Shown here one piece after another: positions 25,589 through 36,055 of a stretch of 44,225 bases of DNA. Under the pieces are notes generated by a model. The model was not told the DNA's origin and ran no database searches. It worked only from the letters and a program-made list of their open reading frames with translations. Position numbers and translations under genes: made by a program. The stretch's first letter is position 1. Every line of letters starts with the position of its first letter. This DNA is from Tubiluchus corallicola. Taxonomy: Eukaryota > Animalia > Priapulida. The stretch lies in the NCBI GenBank assembly GCA_030141605.1, contig JAQGDQ010001366.1, positions 1 through 44,225 on the forward strand, given 5' to 3'.

Positions 25589-26353
25589 TGCCAACAGAGA
25601 AGCCTGGCCAATTCAAGCTGAACTCAACGACTACGAAAATGACAATGATAATAAATTTGAAGGTGTTCAAGAACTGGTGAGCGACGAACGCGAAAAAGAA
25701 AAACAGAAACTTTCAGTTAGCGAAGGTGCTGATCTGAATGTGAGGATCACTTCGCCACAAGGTACAGTGGTCGACGTCCAGCAGAACTCTGACCAGGAGA
25801 TCTCGGCTCAAAATGAAGCCACTACCGACAACAACCTCTCGAACCAAAAACGAAAAAAGAAGAAAAAGAAAAAGAAACGTCGTAGCTCCATCGGTTCAAC
25901 CGTCAGTACCAGCATCAGCGAGATGTCGTCGGTCGTATCAGCATACCGAACGACAGCGACAGCGGTGTCGAGATTTGCTGATGGCATCAATCATAATGTG
26001 TCTGTTGAGGCCACTACGCCACATTATTTGGCCAAACTTAGTGCAAAGTTGACAGACAAAACCAATGAGCTTTCCGCGGCCGAATGTGACGCTTTGGCGA
26101 AAGAATTGGACAAACCGGAAGGAAATAGATTTCAGTGCAAGCGATCTTATAAACTAACCACGTCTTTGATTATACCTGTCTTAGTCATAAGCGTACAAAG
26201 TGCCTTTATAATATGGGAATTAGTGCGTGTCAATCGTGGCGCAAACTTAATGAAAGATCACATAGAGAAAACTGTGACGTATGGACGACTTTACACCAGC
26301 CTTTTATCGGAAAGAAACCAATTCGTTACGCACGTGTACTGTAATAATAGCAG
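25455..26353 (+). CDS. First large coding exon of a membrane protein, resembling the N-terminus, TM and start of the NIT domain of invertebrate NIT-domain guanylyl cyclases
   Basis: 299-codon open frame with non-repetitive coding composition. Acidic N-terminus, KRKKKKKKKKRRSS, hydrophobic helix LTTSLIIPVLVISVQSAFIIW, then ...YGRLYTSLLSERNQFVTHVY. Acceptor ttttggcttttggtag at about 25116 and donor CAG|gtaagc at 26354 (phase 2). Coding status is well supported, the family call less so. Confidence 0.75.
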
Positions 26354-26543
26354 GTAAGCTTAGCTCTAACAGACCTAACTAGGTGTTGGGTTCGATAAAT
26401 TAACGTACCGTAAAACGACCCCATGCTTCTGTGGACGTGTAAGAGTTGCGTTCATTTCACACGTAAGAAGCACTCAGCAGAAGCAAGGCGAAAGTCGTTC
26501 ATTCAGGCGTGAAACATTGCGTTCTACGTGGAAATGAGATGAC

Positions 26544-28548
26544 TGTGTCCCTCCAGAGTTGGGCTGATATGAGCGTCAACACACAGCATTCCTTTACTCA
26601 AAGTTTCTTTTATATTGTAAGTTACAGCTACATATTGGAGATTAGTGTGTCCCTCCAGAGTTGGGTTGATATGAGCGTCAACAAACAGCATTCCTTTAGG
26701 CAAAGTTGCTTTTATATTGTAAGTTACAGCTACATGTTGGAGATTAGTGTGTCACTCCAGACTTGGGCTGATATGAGCGTCAACAAACAGCATTCCTTTA
26801 GGCAATGTTGCTTTTATATTGTAAGTTACAACTACATATTGGAGATTAGTGTGTCCCTCCAGACTTGGGCTGATATGAGCGTCAACAAACAGCATTCCTT
26901 TAGGCAACGTTGCTTTTATATTATAAGTTACAGCTACATATTGGAGATTAGTGTGTCCCTCCAGAGTTGGGCTGATATGAGCGTTAACAAACAGCATTCC
27001 TTTACTCAAAGTTTCTTTTATATTGTAAGTTACAGCTACATTGGAGATTAGTGTGTCCCTCCAGAGTTGGGCTGATATGAGCGTCAACACACAGCATTCC
27101 TTTACTCAAAGTTTCTTTTATATTGTAAGTTACAGCTACATATTGGAGATTAGTGTGTCCCTCCAGAGTTGGGCTGATATGAGCGTCAACAAACAGCATT
27201 CCTTTAGGCAAAGTTGCTTTTATATTGTAAGTTACAGCTACATGTTGGAGATTAGTGTGTCACTCCAGACTTGGGCTGATATGAGCGTCAACAAACAGCC
27301 TTCCTTTACTCAAAGTTTCTTTTATATTGTAAGTTACAGCTACATATTGGAGATTAGTGCGTCCCTCCAGAGTTGGGCTGATATGAGCGTCAACAAACAG
27401 CATTCCTTTACTCAAAGTTCTTTTATATTGTAAGTTACAGCTACATTGGAGATTAGTGCGTCCCTCCAGAGTTGGGCTGATATGAGCGTCAACAAACAGC
27501 CTTCCTTTACTCAAAGTTTCTTTTATATTGTAAGTTACAGCTACATATTGGAGATTAGTGCGTCCCTCCAGAGTTGGGCTGATATGAGCGTCAACAAACA
27601 GCATTCCTTTACTCAAAGTTTCTTTTATATTGTAAGTTACAGCTACATATTGGAGATTAGTGCGTCCCTCCAGAGTTGGGCTGATATGAGCGTCAACAAA
27701 CAGCATTCCTTTAGGCAAAGTTGCTTTTATATTGTAAGTTACAGCTACATGTTGGAGATTAGTGTGTCACTCCAGACTTGGGCTGATATGAGCGTCAACA
27801 AACAGCCTTCCTTTACTCAAAGTTTCTTTTATATTGTAAGTTACAGCTACATATTGGAGATTAGTGCGTCCCTCCAGAGTTGGGCTGATATGAGCGTCAA
27901 CAAACAGCATTCCTTTACTCAAAGTTTCTTTTATATTGTAAGTTACAGCTACATATTGGAGATTAGTGCGTCCCTCCAGAGTTGGGCTGATATGAGCGTC
28001 AACAAACAGCATTCCTTTACTCAAAGTGTCTTTTATATTGTAAGTTACAGCTACATATTGGAGATTAGTGCGTCCCTCCAGAGTTGGGCTGATATGAGCG
28101 TCAACAAACAGCCTTCCTTTACTCAAAGTTTCTTTTATATTGTACCCTCCAGAGTTGGGCTGATATGAGCGTTAACAAACAGCATTCCTTTACTCAAAGT
28201 TTCATTTATATTGTAAGTTACAGCTACATATTGGAGATTAGTGCGTCCCTCCAGAGTTGGGCTGATATGAGCGTCAACACACAGCATTCCTTTACTCAAA
28301 GTTTCTTTTATATTGTAAGTTACAGCTACATATTGGAGATTAGTGCGTCCCTCCAGAGTTGGGCTGATATGAGCGTCAACAAACAGCATTCCTTTACTCA
28401 AAGTTTCTTTTATATTGTAAGTTACAGCTACATATTGGAGATTAGTGCGTCCCTCCAGAGTTGGGCTGATATGAGCGTCAACAAACAGCATTCCTTTAGG
28501 CAAAGTTGCTTTTATATTGTAAGTTACAGCTACATATTGGAGATTAGT
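26544..28548. repeat. Minisatellite, 102-bp unit, about 20 copies, in the presumed intron
   Basis: CCCTCCAGAGTTGGGCTGATATGAGCGTCAAC... at 102-bp spacing, with small deletions in a few units. Confidence 0.97.
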
Positions 28549-28756
28549 GTTAAGGGATTTCCCTTTTCGAAATTATATAATACTCTCTTAGTTGATAATA
28601 GTTCGCAAAGATTAACCAGAGTCATGTTAGGTACCTCTATACCAAGGGCCGGATCATGACGTTTTGGGGGTCCCAAGCTAATGAAATTATGTCCCTTCAG
28701 ATGTAGCCGCCCTCTAAGTCGCCCAGTGTTGAATATTTTTCACTCTTGATATATTT

Positions 28757-29170
28757 AAGTAAGTAAGTAAGCAATTTATTGTCATTATAGCATAATACAT
28801 ACAATGAAATTTATGCAGTTTTACGTACTGCCATAACTTATAGAAACAACAAGGAGATTAACACAAATAATTCAATCAGTTGTACAGTGACATAGAGAAT
28901 TAATATTGGAGATTTACTGAAATTTACTGTTGATGGTGCAAATTGCAACGGAATAGAAAGAATTTAAAGTTCTTGTGGTTTTAGCGTTAATTGAGCGGAA
29001 TCTACGACCAGAGGGGAGCATTTCAAAATATTTATTACCTGGATGGAATTCATCTTTCATGATAACTTGCGTACTCTCTGCGACCCCAGTTTCATACAAA
29101 TATGCCGTAGATTGCTGTTCAACTCCTATAATTTTCAAGCGACATTTACAGTTTAAAACAAACTTATTGC
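28757..29170 (-). mobile_element. LINE 3' fragment of Rex1/Babar type
   Basis: HPGNKYFEMLPSGRRFRSINAKTTRTLNSFYSVAI matches the LPSGRR.RS...T.R..NSF ORF2 C-terminal motif. AATAAA and a (CTTA)n tail end at about 28757. Confidence 0.8.
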
Positions 29171-29370
29171 AAATTCTTTAATAAAATAATTAAACGAAGA
29201 ATTCGGTAAACAATATTTAAGCAAACAAGAACAGCCATCTTTTGTTTGTCAATAAAAATATTCTTTTAGAACTACCACTATTTCACTATTTATTGCAAAG
29301 TAAATTAGAACATATTTAAACACAGCCATAGTGAAAAACAGATTTTTTACCAAATGTTACCAAAGTTTAA

Positions 29371-30066
29371 AACACAAGAAAACCCTTCATAAACATAAAG
29401 CTTAAAAAATTCGTTTCAAAATTTTATATCACTTACGTACTGTCCTTATATCACTTACGTACATCTACGTGACTTCAATCGACAGTCACGCTGTATAAAA
29501 CATGTAAATTTAAACTCCCGCGATGACCGTTAGACGCAGCCATTTTCACGACAGGTCATTTGAAACTAGTTTAGATAACATTTTGTAAAGTTTGAAAAAA
29601 TAATCAGAGCATTCGTAGCGCACACATCACTAACCAAGTAAAATTTAAAATTACTGTATCTTGTCAATAAGATTAAAAGTACGTTTTTGGTTAGTGAGTG
29701 GTGCACCCTGGAGGGTGAGTCAGCGACATTTTACCAATTAGTGAAAACATTTTAAATAATTAATAATTTTCTTTTCTAGTTACATAAGTTTTTCTAGCAG
29801 GTAAGCGAAAATCTAAGTATAATAGATTTGCACGGAAAGTCTTTTGAGACATAATTTAACATTGCCTTTTCTTCCCATGATTTACGTTTGGTACATGACG
29901 TCATGTAATGGCGACTTCGGAACAGTATTGCGGGAGATTTAAAATGAAAACAAACTAAAATTCCTTTCAGTGCGAGTAAGATATACGCGTAAAATTGCTA
30001 TAAAGTAATATAATTTTTAAGGCGATTTTTCCGAAACGCATTTCAGGTACCCCTTTTTCTTGTCGT
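29371..30066. mobile_element. Family B MITE, full length (inverted relative to 17832-18512)
   Basis: TTAA TSDs at 29367-29370 and 30067-30070. Near-identical reverse complement of 17832-18512. Confidence 0.9.
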
Positions 30067-30574
30067 TTAAGGCCAGCAAGTTTGAGGGGCGCTTGGCTGC
30101 AGCCTATAAGATAATCCGGCTTAGTCGTTACCTATAATATCACGTGACAGCAGTAATTACGAGAAGAAACCATTGAGACTCCCATTGTAAGAAATTAAGC
30201 TTCCTCTTCAGGAGCCTGTCGTCCACGTAAGATGATCTGTGGTGAAAGAGGGTACCAATTGTTTGTAAATTTATGCCAATATTAAAGGAATGAGTAAGCA
30301 GTAAGATGAAATATTGATGTGGGAAACACACAGTAGAGGGCGCAGAACGCATTAATGAACACTGGTTTTGAAAACTGTTGGTTTCTCATCTTGCACCCAG
30401 GCTTAAACCATACCTCAAAGCAATCTAGCCTATAAATGTTGAAATATAAAAATATTGAAAGAGAACATATTGTTTTTTAAGAATGATTTGGGTGGAAGAA
30501 TTATTAAAAGAGAATGGTAATTTCATCTGCATGCGGGTAGTTCTCTGTAATTAAACTAACAAAGATGTGTAGCT

Positions 30575-31632
30575 TAGTCAAAAATGACTTACATGAAAGA
30601 ATTATTACAAACACAATTTCGAGCCACTAGTTCTTCGCTGTTACATGCATTTCGCCATTCGCTTGTTAGATGGGCACCAGCGCCTGTATCTCGAAAACAC
30701 ATTGCACAAAAACAGGTGCTGTACCTCTCCATTCAGTTGTGATGTAGTGCTGACGTTCGAGAGCCGGTGCAGCGGTAAACTTCAAATTTAAATTTTAAAT
30801 TAAAATTTACTTTGTTTTGTATATCGCGTTGATTGTTGTGTTCTAGCACTGTACTTCAATTTTCACTTCTCAAACACGTGCAACACGCTCGCGAAATGTT
30901 TGTGCTGTTGAAAATTATGTTAGTTTGTGATGTCATCACTAGCTGGATTCGCCAGGACTATTTTGTTTTTCTTCATGACATGTAACAATGAGAATCTTTT
31001 TTTCTGATCAAAATAAATACATTCTTGAAATTGGTCCAATAATCTATCAGCTTATTGTTAAGGTTTATTGCTATTGCACACTTACTGCTATTTTCCATGT
31101 GACTTAAATAAAATGTCGTGCAAAAGCGTTTATGGTAATTAAATAATAAATAAAAAATTTAATTAACAGCGGGCGAGCCCAACTATTGATGATGTCACAA
31201 ACTAACATAATTTTCAATAGCAAAAAGCGCGTGGCACGTGTTTGTGAAAGCGAAAGTTGAAGTACAGTTGAAGTTGATATTCAGTGTGTTGCGCTAAAAC
31301 TAGGCAAGTTACAGGATAAAAATTCAAATTTCAAATTTACCGCTGCGCTCACGCATGAGCTGTCGAACGTACAAACTGCGTCACAAACAACACATCTCAA
31401 CTGAGAGGTACAGCACCCGTTTTTGAGCAACGCGCTTACGAAATACAGGCGCTAGTGCCTGTCTAACTAGCGAAAGGTAAAATACGCGTAGCAGAGAAGA
31501 ACTAGTGGCGCGAACGTTAAATTGTGCTTGTGTGGTAATAATTCTTTCACGTATGCCATTTTTGGAAAAATTAGTATATTTTAAATAGTAGATTGTTTTG
31601 ACCTACAGTTAAAGATTTGGTCCTATTGTGTT
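30575..31632. mobile_element. Two partial family A MITEs in opposite orientation
   Basis: 30575-30960 is collinear with 13915-14270 and 31140-31632 is collinear with 23725-24225. Confidence 0.75.
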
Positions 31633-31639
31633 TTAAGAA

Positions 31640-31968
31640 ATGAATTCGATTAAAAGCGTATTTAAGAACCTTGGACACGAAAAATAAAAAGACGCCGTTT
31701 AAGATGGATTGGGCATATGCTTAGACTACCTGATGATATTCCAGTGAAGATTACTCTTCAACAAGCCATAGAACCAGCTAAAAAACCTGCAGGAGGACAA
31801 ATGCTAACATATTTAGATTTTGCACAGAAAGATTTAAACACTTCAGCATTGATCCTTAGAAATAAATCCACTTGGGGCATTGCGCCAAGCAGGGAGTCTT
31901 GGCATAGGGAGGTGAGCATAATCATGTCCCTGGACGTATGATTCATTGGATCATCATCATCATCATAC
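31640..31968 (+). mobile_element. RTE-clade LINE 3' fragment
   Basis: KIKRRRLRWIGHMLRLPDDIPVKITL...KKPAGGQMLTY...SRESW...* followed by a (TCA)n tail. Confidence 0.85.
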
Positions 31969-32136
31969 ACCCGTCACGTCTATTGTAGACATTGGGCAGG
32001 CAGAATTCTAAAATAAGAGAAATCTGCCTTCAGACAGGTAAACGCAGCAGTAATCCAGCAAAAAACTAGACACTGCTACGCCAGTGGCTTGTCAGCACCA
32101 CTTCCGTTCATTGGATGACGAGGTATTTAAGAATGA

Positions 32137-32192
32137 CTCGGAGGGGATGGCTCGGAGGGGATGGCTCGGAGGGGAAGGCTCGGAGGGGAAGG
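32137..32192. repeat. 14-bp tandem repeat CTCGGAGGGGA(T/A)GG, 4 copies
   Basis: Read directly. Confidence 0.9.
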
Positions 32193-32265
32193 CAGGGTGA
32201 CTTATTACCTTATAGATTGTTCTAAATTTTAACCCACTTTACTGACAAATTTACATAATTTTACT

Positions 32266-32373
32266 ATTACGTAACAGTGCCTAGATTGCGTAACAGTGCC
32301 TAGATGACGTGACAGTGCCTAGATTACGTAACAGTGTCTAGATTACGTAACAGTGTCTAGATTAGCAACAGTG
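32266..32373. repeat. Tandem repeat of about 19 bp (TTACGTAACAGTGCCTAGA), about 5 copies
   Basis: Read directly. Confidence 0.9.
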
Positions 32374-32719
32374 ATTCGTTAAACGAAAATGCCAAATCGA
32401 CAGTCATAGCGAACGACGAAAACAGCACGCATAGGCATTGTTTGGCTGTCTATAAAAAGCAAATCAATTACACCAAGATTAATAACAAATAGAAGCCACT
32501 TGTACAAACACCTAGAGTACTGTTTATTCATTCATTAGATAGTAGTACATACTGAGTAAACACTGATTATATGTGTAGGAACAACATCATAAACCACTAT
32601 GTTTGCCGAAATGTACAGGTGCATTAGGCTAGTCTTAACATGAATAAATGAATATTTCTACAGCAAAAAAGACAAAATTGATAAAAAGACAAAAAAGACA
32701 AAGACAGTTCCAGCGATTG

Positions 32720-33773
32720 ACGACGATCGTAAAAAGGTCAAAGGTTAACTGTACAACGCATTTGTGTATACTTGACAACGCCTCATGCTGTTGTAATAGT
32801 AACAGTTTTAACAGCTAGCTAGAACCTTACGTAGTTCATTTTTATTGTTCCCAGATAAGAACCTCTAGTAAATCACTCTACGCACAAACTAATGAATAAC
32901 AGAAAATTTTTAGCACTGCTGCTAGTGAATTTTTACATACAATGGCAAAATAGGCCAATCCTTCCTAACTCGTGTAAAGATAATAACGTAACAATTGTGT
33001 ATACTAGTATTATAATAACAATTATCTCACCCACGTTATTACATAATAGGAAATATTTACTTCTTATAGTACTGAATTCTATACAAGCCCTTTTACTCAC
33101 AGCCGATATTATTATCCTTATGATCGTTCTAAAATCAATTTACCGCGCATGTGTAACGTTTTACTGTGTAAGCCTGATACTATGCTGCTGTATTACTGCA
33201 AAAAATGCAAGTTAAAGTTATTTTATTTGTGTTAATAGGTACATTTTGGAAACCATACGAATTTACTTCTTGTATCATAGTTGATATTTCTTATCATAAA
33301 ATTACTAAATTTATTTGTGATTATGGCAGCCTTTGTATATTTAACGCCAAACACCAAATAGTTAACATCTTTTATTGTAACTATGCTTACGTCTTAGTTA
33401 TACTACGTACATTACTATCCATACTAAAACTGAAAATGATCTACGTAACAGCAATTTGTAATGTAATGACTAAAGGTAATTTAAACAACTTTTCCATTGG
33501 TTTCCCTGTAAATAGCGATAGAATAAGACACTCTATGCAATTTATTTTAAAAAGATTTGTATCCATCTTAAAAGTTGTGTACCTCAGTGCTATAAGACAA
33601 ATGCGTCATGTCAATCTAAAATACGTAGCTCTAAAAAATTGGAAAAATTACAGATTTCATCTAAATTTGAAAGCACTCTATACTCATGTTCTGAACTGGC
33701 TTACATTTTAACCATAATTCGTTTACTACTTATACTTGGTGGTATCGAAACTAACCCTGGACCCATTTTGCCA

Positions 33774-33871
<98 letters not shown>

Positions 33872-34143
33872 TAATAATAATAATAATAATAATAACACCA
33901 ACAATAATAATAGTTTTTATTAACTAACACTGATTGATTATCTCTGTAAAGTTTTTATCAGTGATTATCAATGTATTTTAAAGGCAAATAAAGATTATTA
34001 TATATATATATATATATATAATGCATAATTAAGTAAAGTTAGCGCAAAACAACTGAAGTTACTGCACTCGTCTGGCAGACGGCTTTGCTTTACACACATG
34101 TCACGTGACGGTCATGCGAATAGCGAAACTGTGAAAAGGCTTA
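32720..34143. mobile_element. Family D MITE split by a 1.1-kb insertion
   Basis: 32720-32894 and 34024-34143 match the two halves of 5307-5674 on either side of ...AACTAATG|CATAATTAAG... Confidence 0.75.
32895..34018 (+). mobile_element. Internally deleted LINE-derived element with a 2A-like peptide, (AAT)n tract and LINE-type 3' tail
   Basis: TAATG is duplicated at 32890-32894 and 34019-34023. LLLILGGIETNPGP at 33723-33764 is followed by (AAT)n at 33774-33912, and the element ends GGCAAATAAAGATTAT(TA)n. Confidence 0.75.
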
Positions 34144-34571
34144 TTATAAAGAACGCGTTAAAAACTTTCAGCCAGAGAAGCGGTCAGATTTTTTATTGTC
34201 TCCACAGCAACAACAACGACGACGATGACGCTGATAGGGTTGATCACTTGGGCCTTATTCTTGAAATTGCTCCAATAATCTATCCAATGTTACAGCTTAT
34301 TGCTACTGCAAACTTACTGCTTTTTTCCATGTGACTTAAATAAAATGTCGTGCCAAAGTTATAGGAGGGAAAGGAAATTGCTTTCTTTCTGTGTCTTGAA
34401 TGGCTTTTATAGACATTGTTAAATAGACATTTATTTGCCGTATTGTTGGGTTTTGAGTTGAGTGTTTGAAAGCAAATTTCCGTAATGACAGCGAAAGTAA
34501 CTCGGTGTCGACAATTTCCGTCTCGTTTTTTGAATCACCGTTAGAAACGTGCAAGTCGGTTGTTTTGTACA

Positions 34572-35548
34572 TCTTGAGATACGGTAATGTCTTGAAATGC
34601 CTTGAAACATGGTTTGAGACAGGTTGGTTTGTGCATATTGAGATACGGTAACGTCTTGAGCCATGGCTTGAGACAGGCTGGTTTGTGCATATTGAAATAC
34701 GGTAATGTCTTGAGCCATGGCTTGAGGCAGGATGGTTTGTGCATATTGAGATAATGTCTTGAGCCATGGCTTGAGACAGGCTGGTTTGTGCATATTGAGA
34801 TACGGTAATGTCTTGAGCCATGGCTTGAGGCAGGATGGTTTGTGCATATCGAAATACGGTAATGTCTTGAGACATGGTTTGAGACAGGTTTGTTTGTGCA
34901 TATTGAGATACGGGAATGCCTTGAGCCATGGCTTGAGGCAGGATGGTTTGTGCATATTGAGATAATGTCTTGAGCCATGGCTTGAGACAGGCTGGTTTGT
35001 GCATATTGAGATACGGTAATGTCTTGAGACGAAGGGTTTGATATAGGCTGGTTTGTGCATATTGAGATACAGTAATGTCTTGAGACATGGTTTTAGACAG
35101 GCTGGTTTGTGCATATTGAGATACAGTAATGTCTTGAGACATGGTTTCAGACAGGCTGGTTTGTGCATATTGAGATACAGTAATGTCTTGAGCCATGGCT
35201 TGAGACAGGCTGGTTTGTGCATATTGAGATACAGTAATGTCTTGAGCCATGGTTTGAGGCAGGCTGGTTTGTGCATATTGAGATACGGTAATGTCTTGAG
35301 ATGTCTTGAGCCATGGCTTGAGGCAGGCTAGTTTGTGCATATTGAGATACGGTAATGCCTTGAGCCATGGCTTGAGGCAGGTTGGTTTGTGCATATTGAG
35401 ATACGGTAATGTCTTGAAATGTCTTGAGACAGGCTGGTTTGTGCATATTGAGAAACGGTAATGTCTTCAGCCATGGCTTGAGACAAGTTGGTTTGTGCAT
35501 ATTGAGATACAGTAATGTCTTGAGCCATGGTTTGAGACAGGCTGGTTT
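34572..35548. repeat. Minisatellite, 54-bp unit, about 18 copies with indels
   Basis: Unit GAGATACGGTAATGTCTTGAGCCATGGCTTGAGACAGGCTGGTTTGTGCATATT at 34640, 34694 and onward. Confidence 0.95.
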
Positions 35549-36055
35549 ATTCGTACCTTAATCATATGGTCATGGTATTTGACTTGTCTGTTTGTTTGTT
35601 TGCCTGTTTGTTGGCAAGCCATGGAATAAATTGTTTTTCAAAATCCTCCTTGTTCCTAACTTTTATCTCAACTATTATAGTCTCTCTTTGTGTTCAGATA
35701 CAGAATGGTAAATTGTAAATGTTATGGCGACTCTTTGAGTAATCTGTTAATGCAGGTCTTCACAAAGCAAGTAGCTTATTCTGGACAAAAGCCCTACAAA
35801 GCATCGTTATGACTACATCATCTTTCTTTCAAGTCAGAGTCGAAACATGAATGTCATTGTGTCATTGTGTTAACGATACATTTACTTATCGTGAATGGAA
35901 AAGACGAAAAATAACAAAGGATGACCACAAAAGCTAATAGCAGTAGATCGATTTGATTTGACTATTAACCTTGGCGGGTCATCTAAATTTCTGACAAAGA
36001 AATTCTGAAAACTTTCACAATCATCACGAGGACTAAACTTTAAGGTCTAAACTAA

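Larger units (their letters stand above)
28644..30124. mobile_element. Family C hAT-like MITE with two nested insertions
   Basis: Termini AAGGGCCGGATCAT / ATAATCCGGCTTAG and flanks TCTATACC/TCGTTACC (6/8). Segments 28644-28700, 29220-29366 and 30071-30124 are the reverse complement of parts of 22953-23369. Confidence 0.65.

Noticed and set aside
34336-35528. Long ORFs across the 54-bp array (and ORFs across the 102-bp array at 26.5-28.7 kb)
   Set aside because: They are open only because the unit lacks stops. Frequent frame-breaking indels between units argue against coding.
35698-35812. Next exon of the NIT-like gene (acceptor tctctttgtgttcag)
   Set aside because: The phase-compatible reading (YRMVNCKCYGDSLSN...) stops after 37 codons and does not resemble a NIT domain, so it is unsupported without RNA data.
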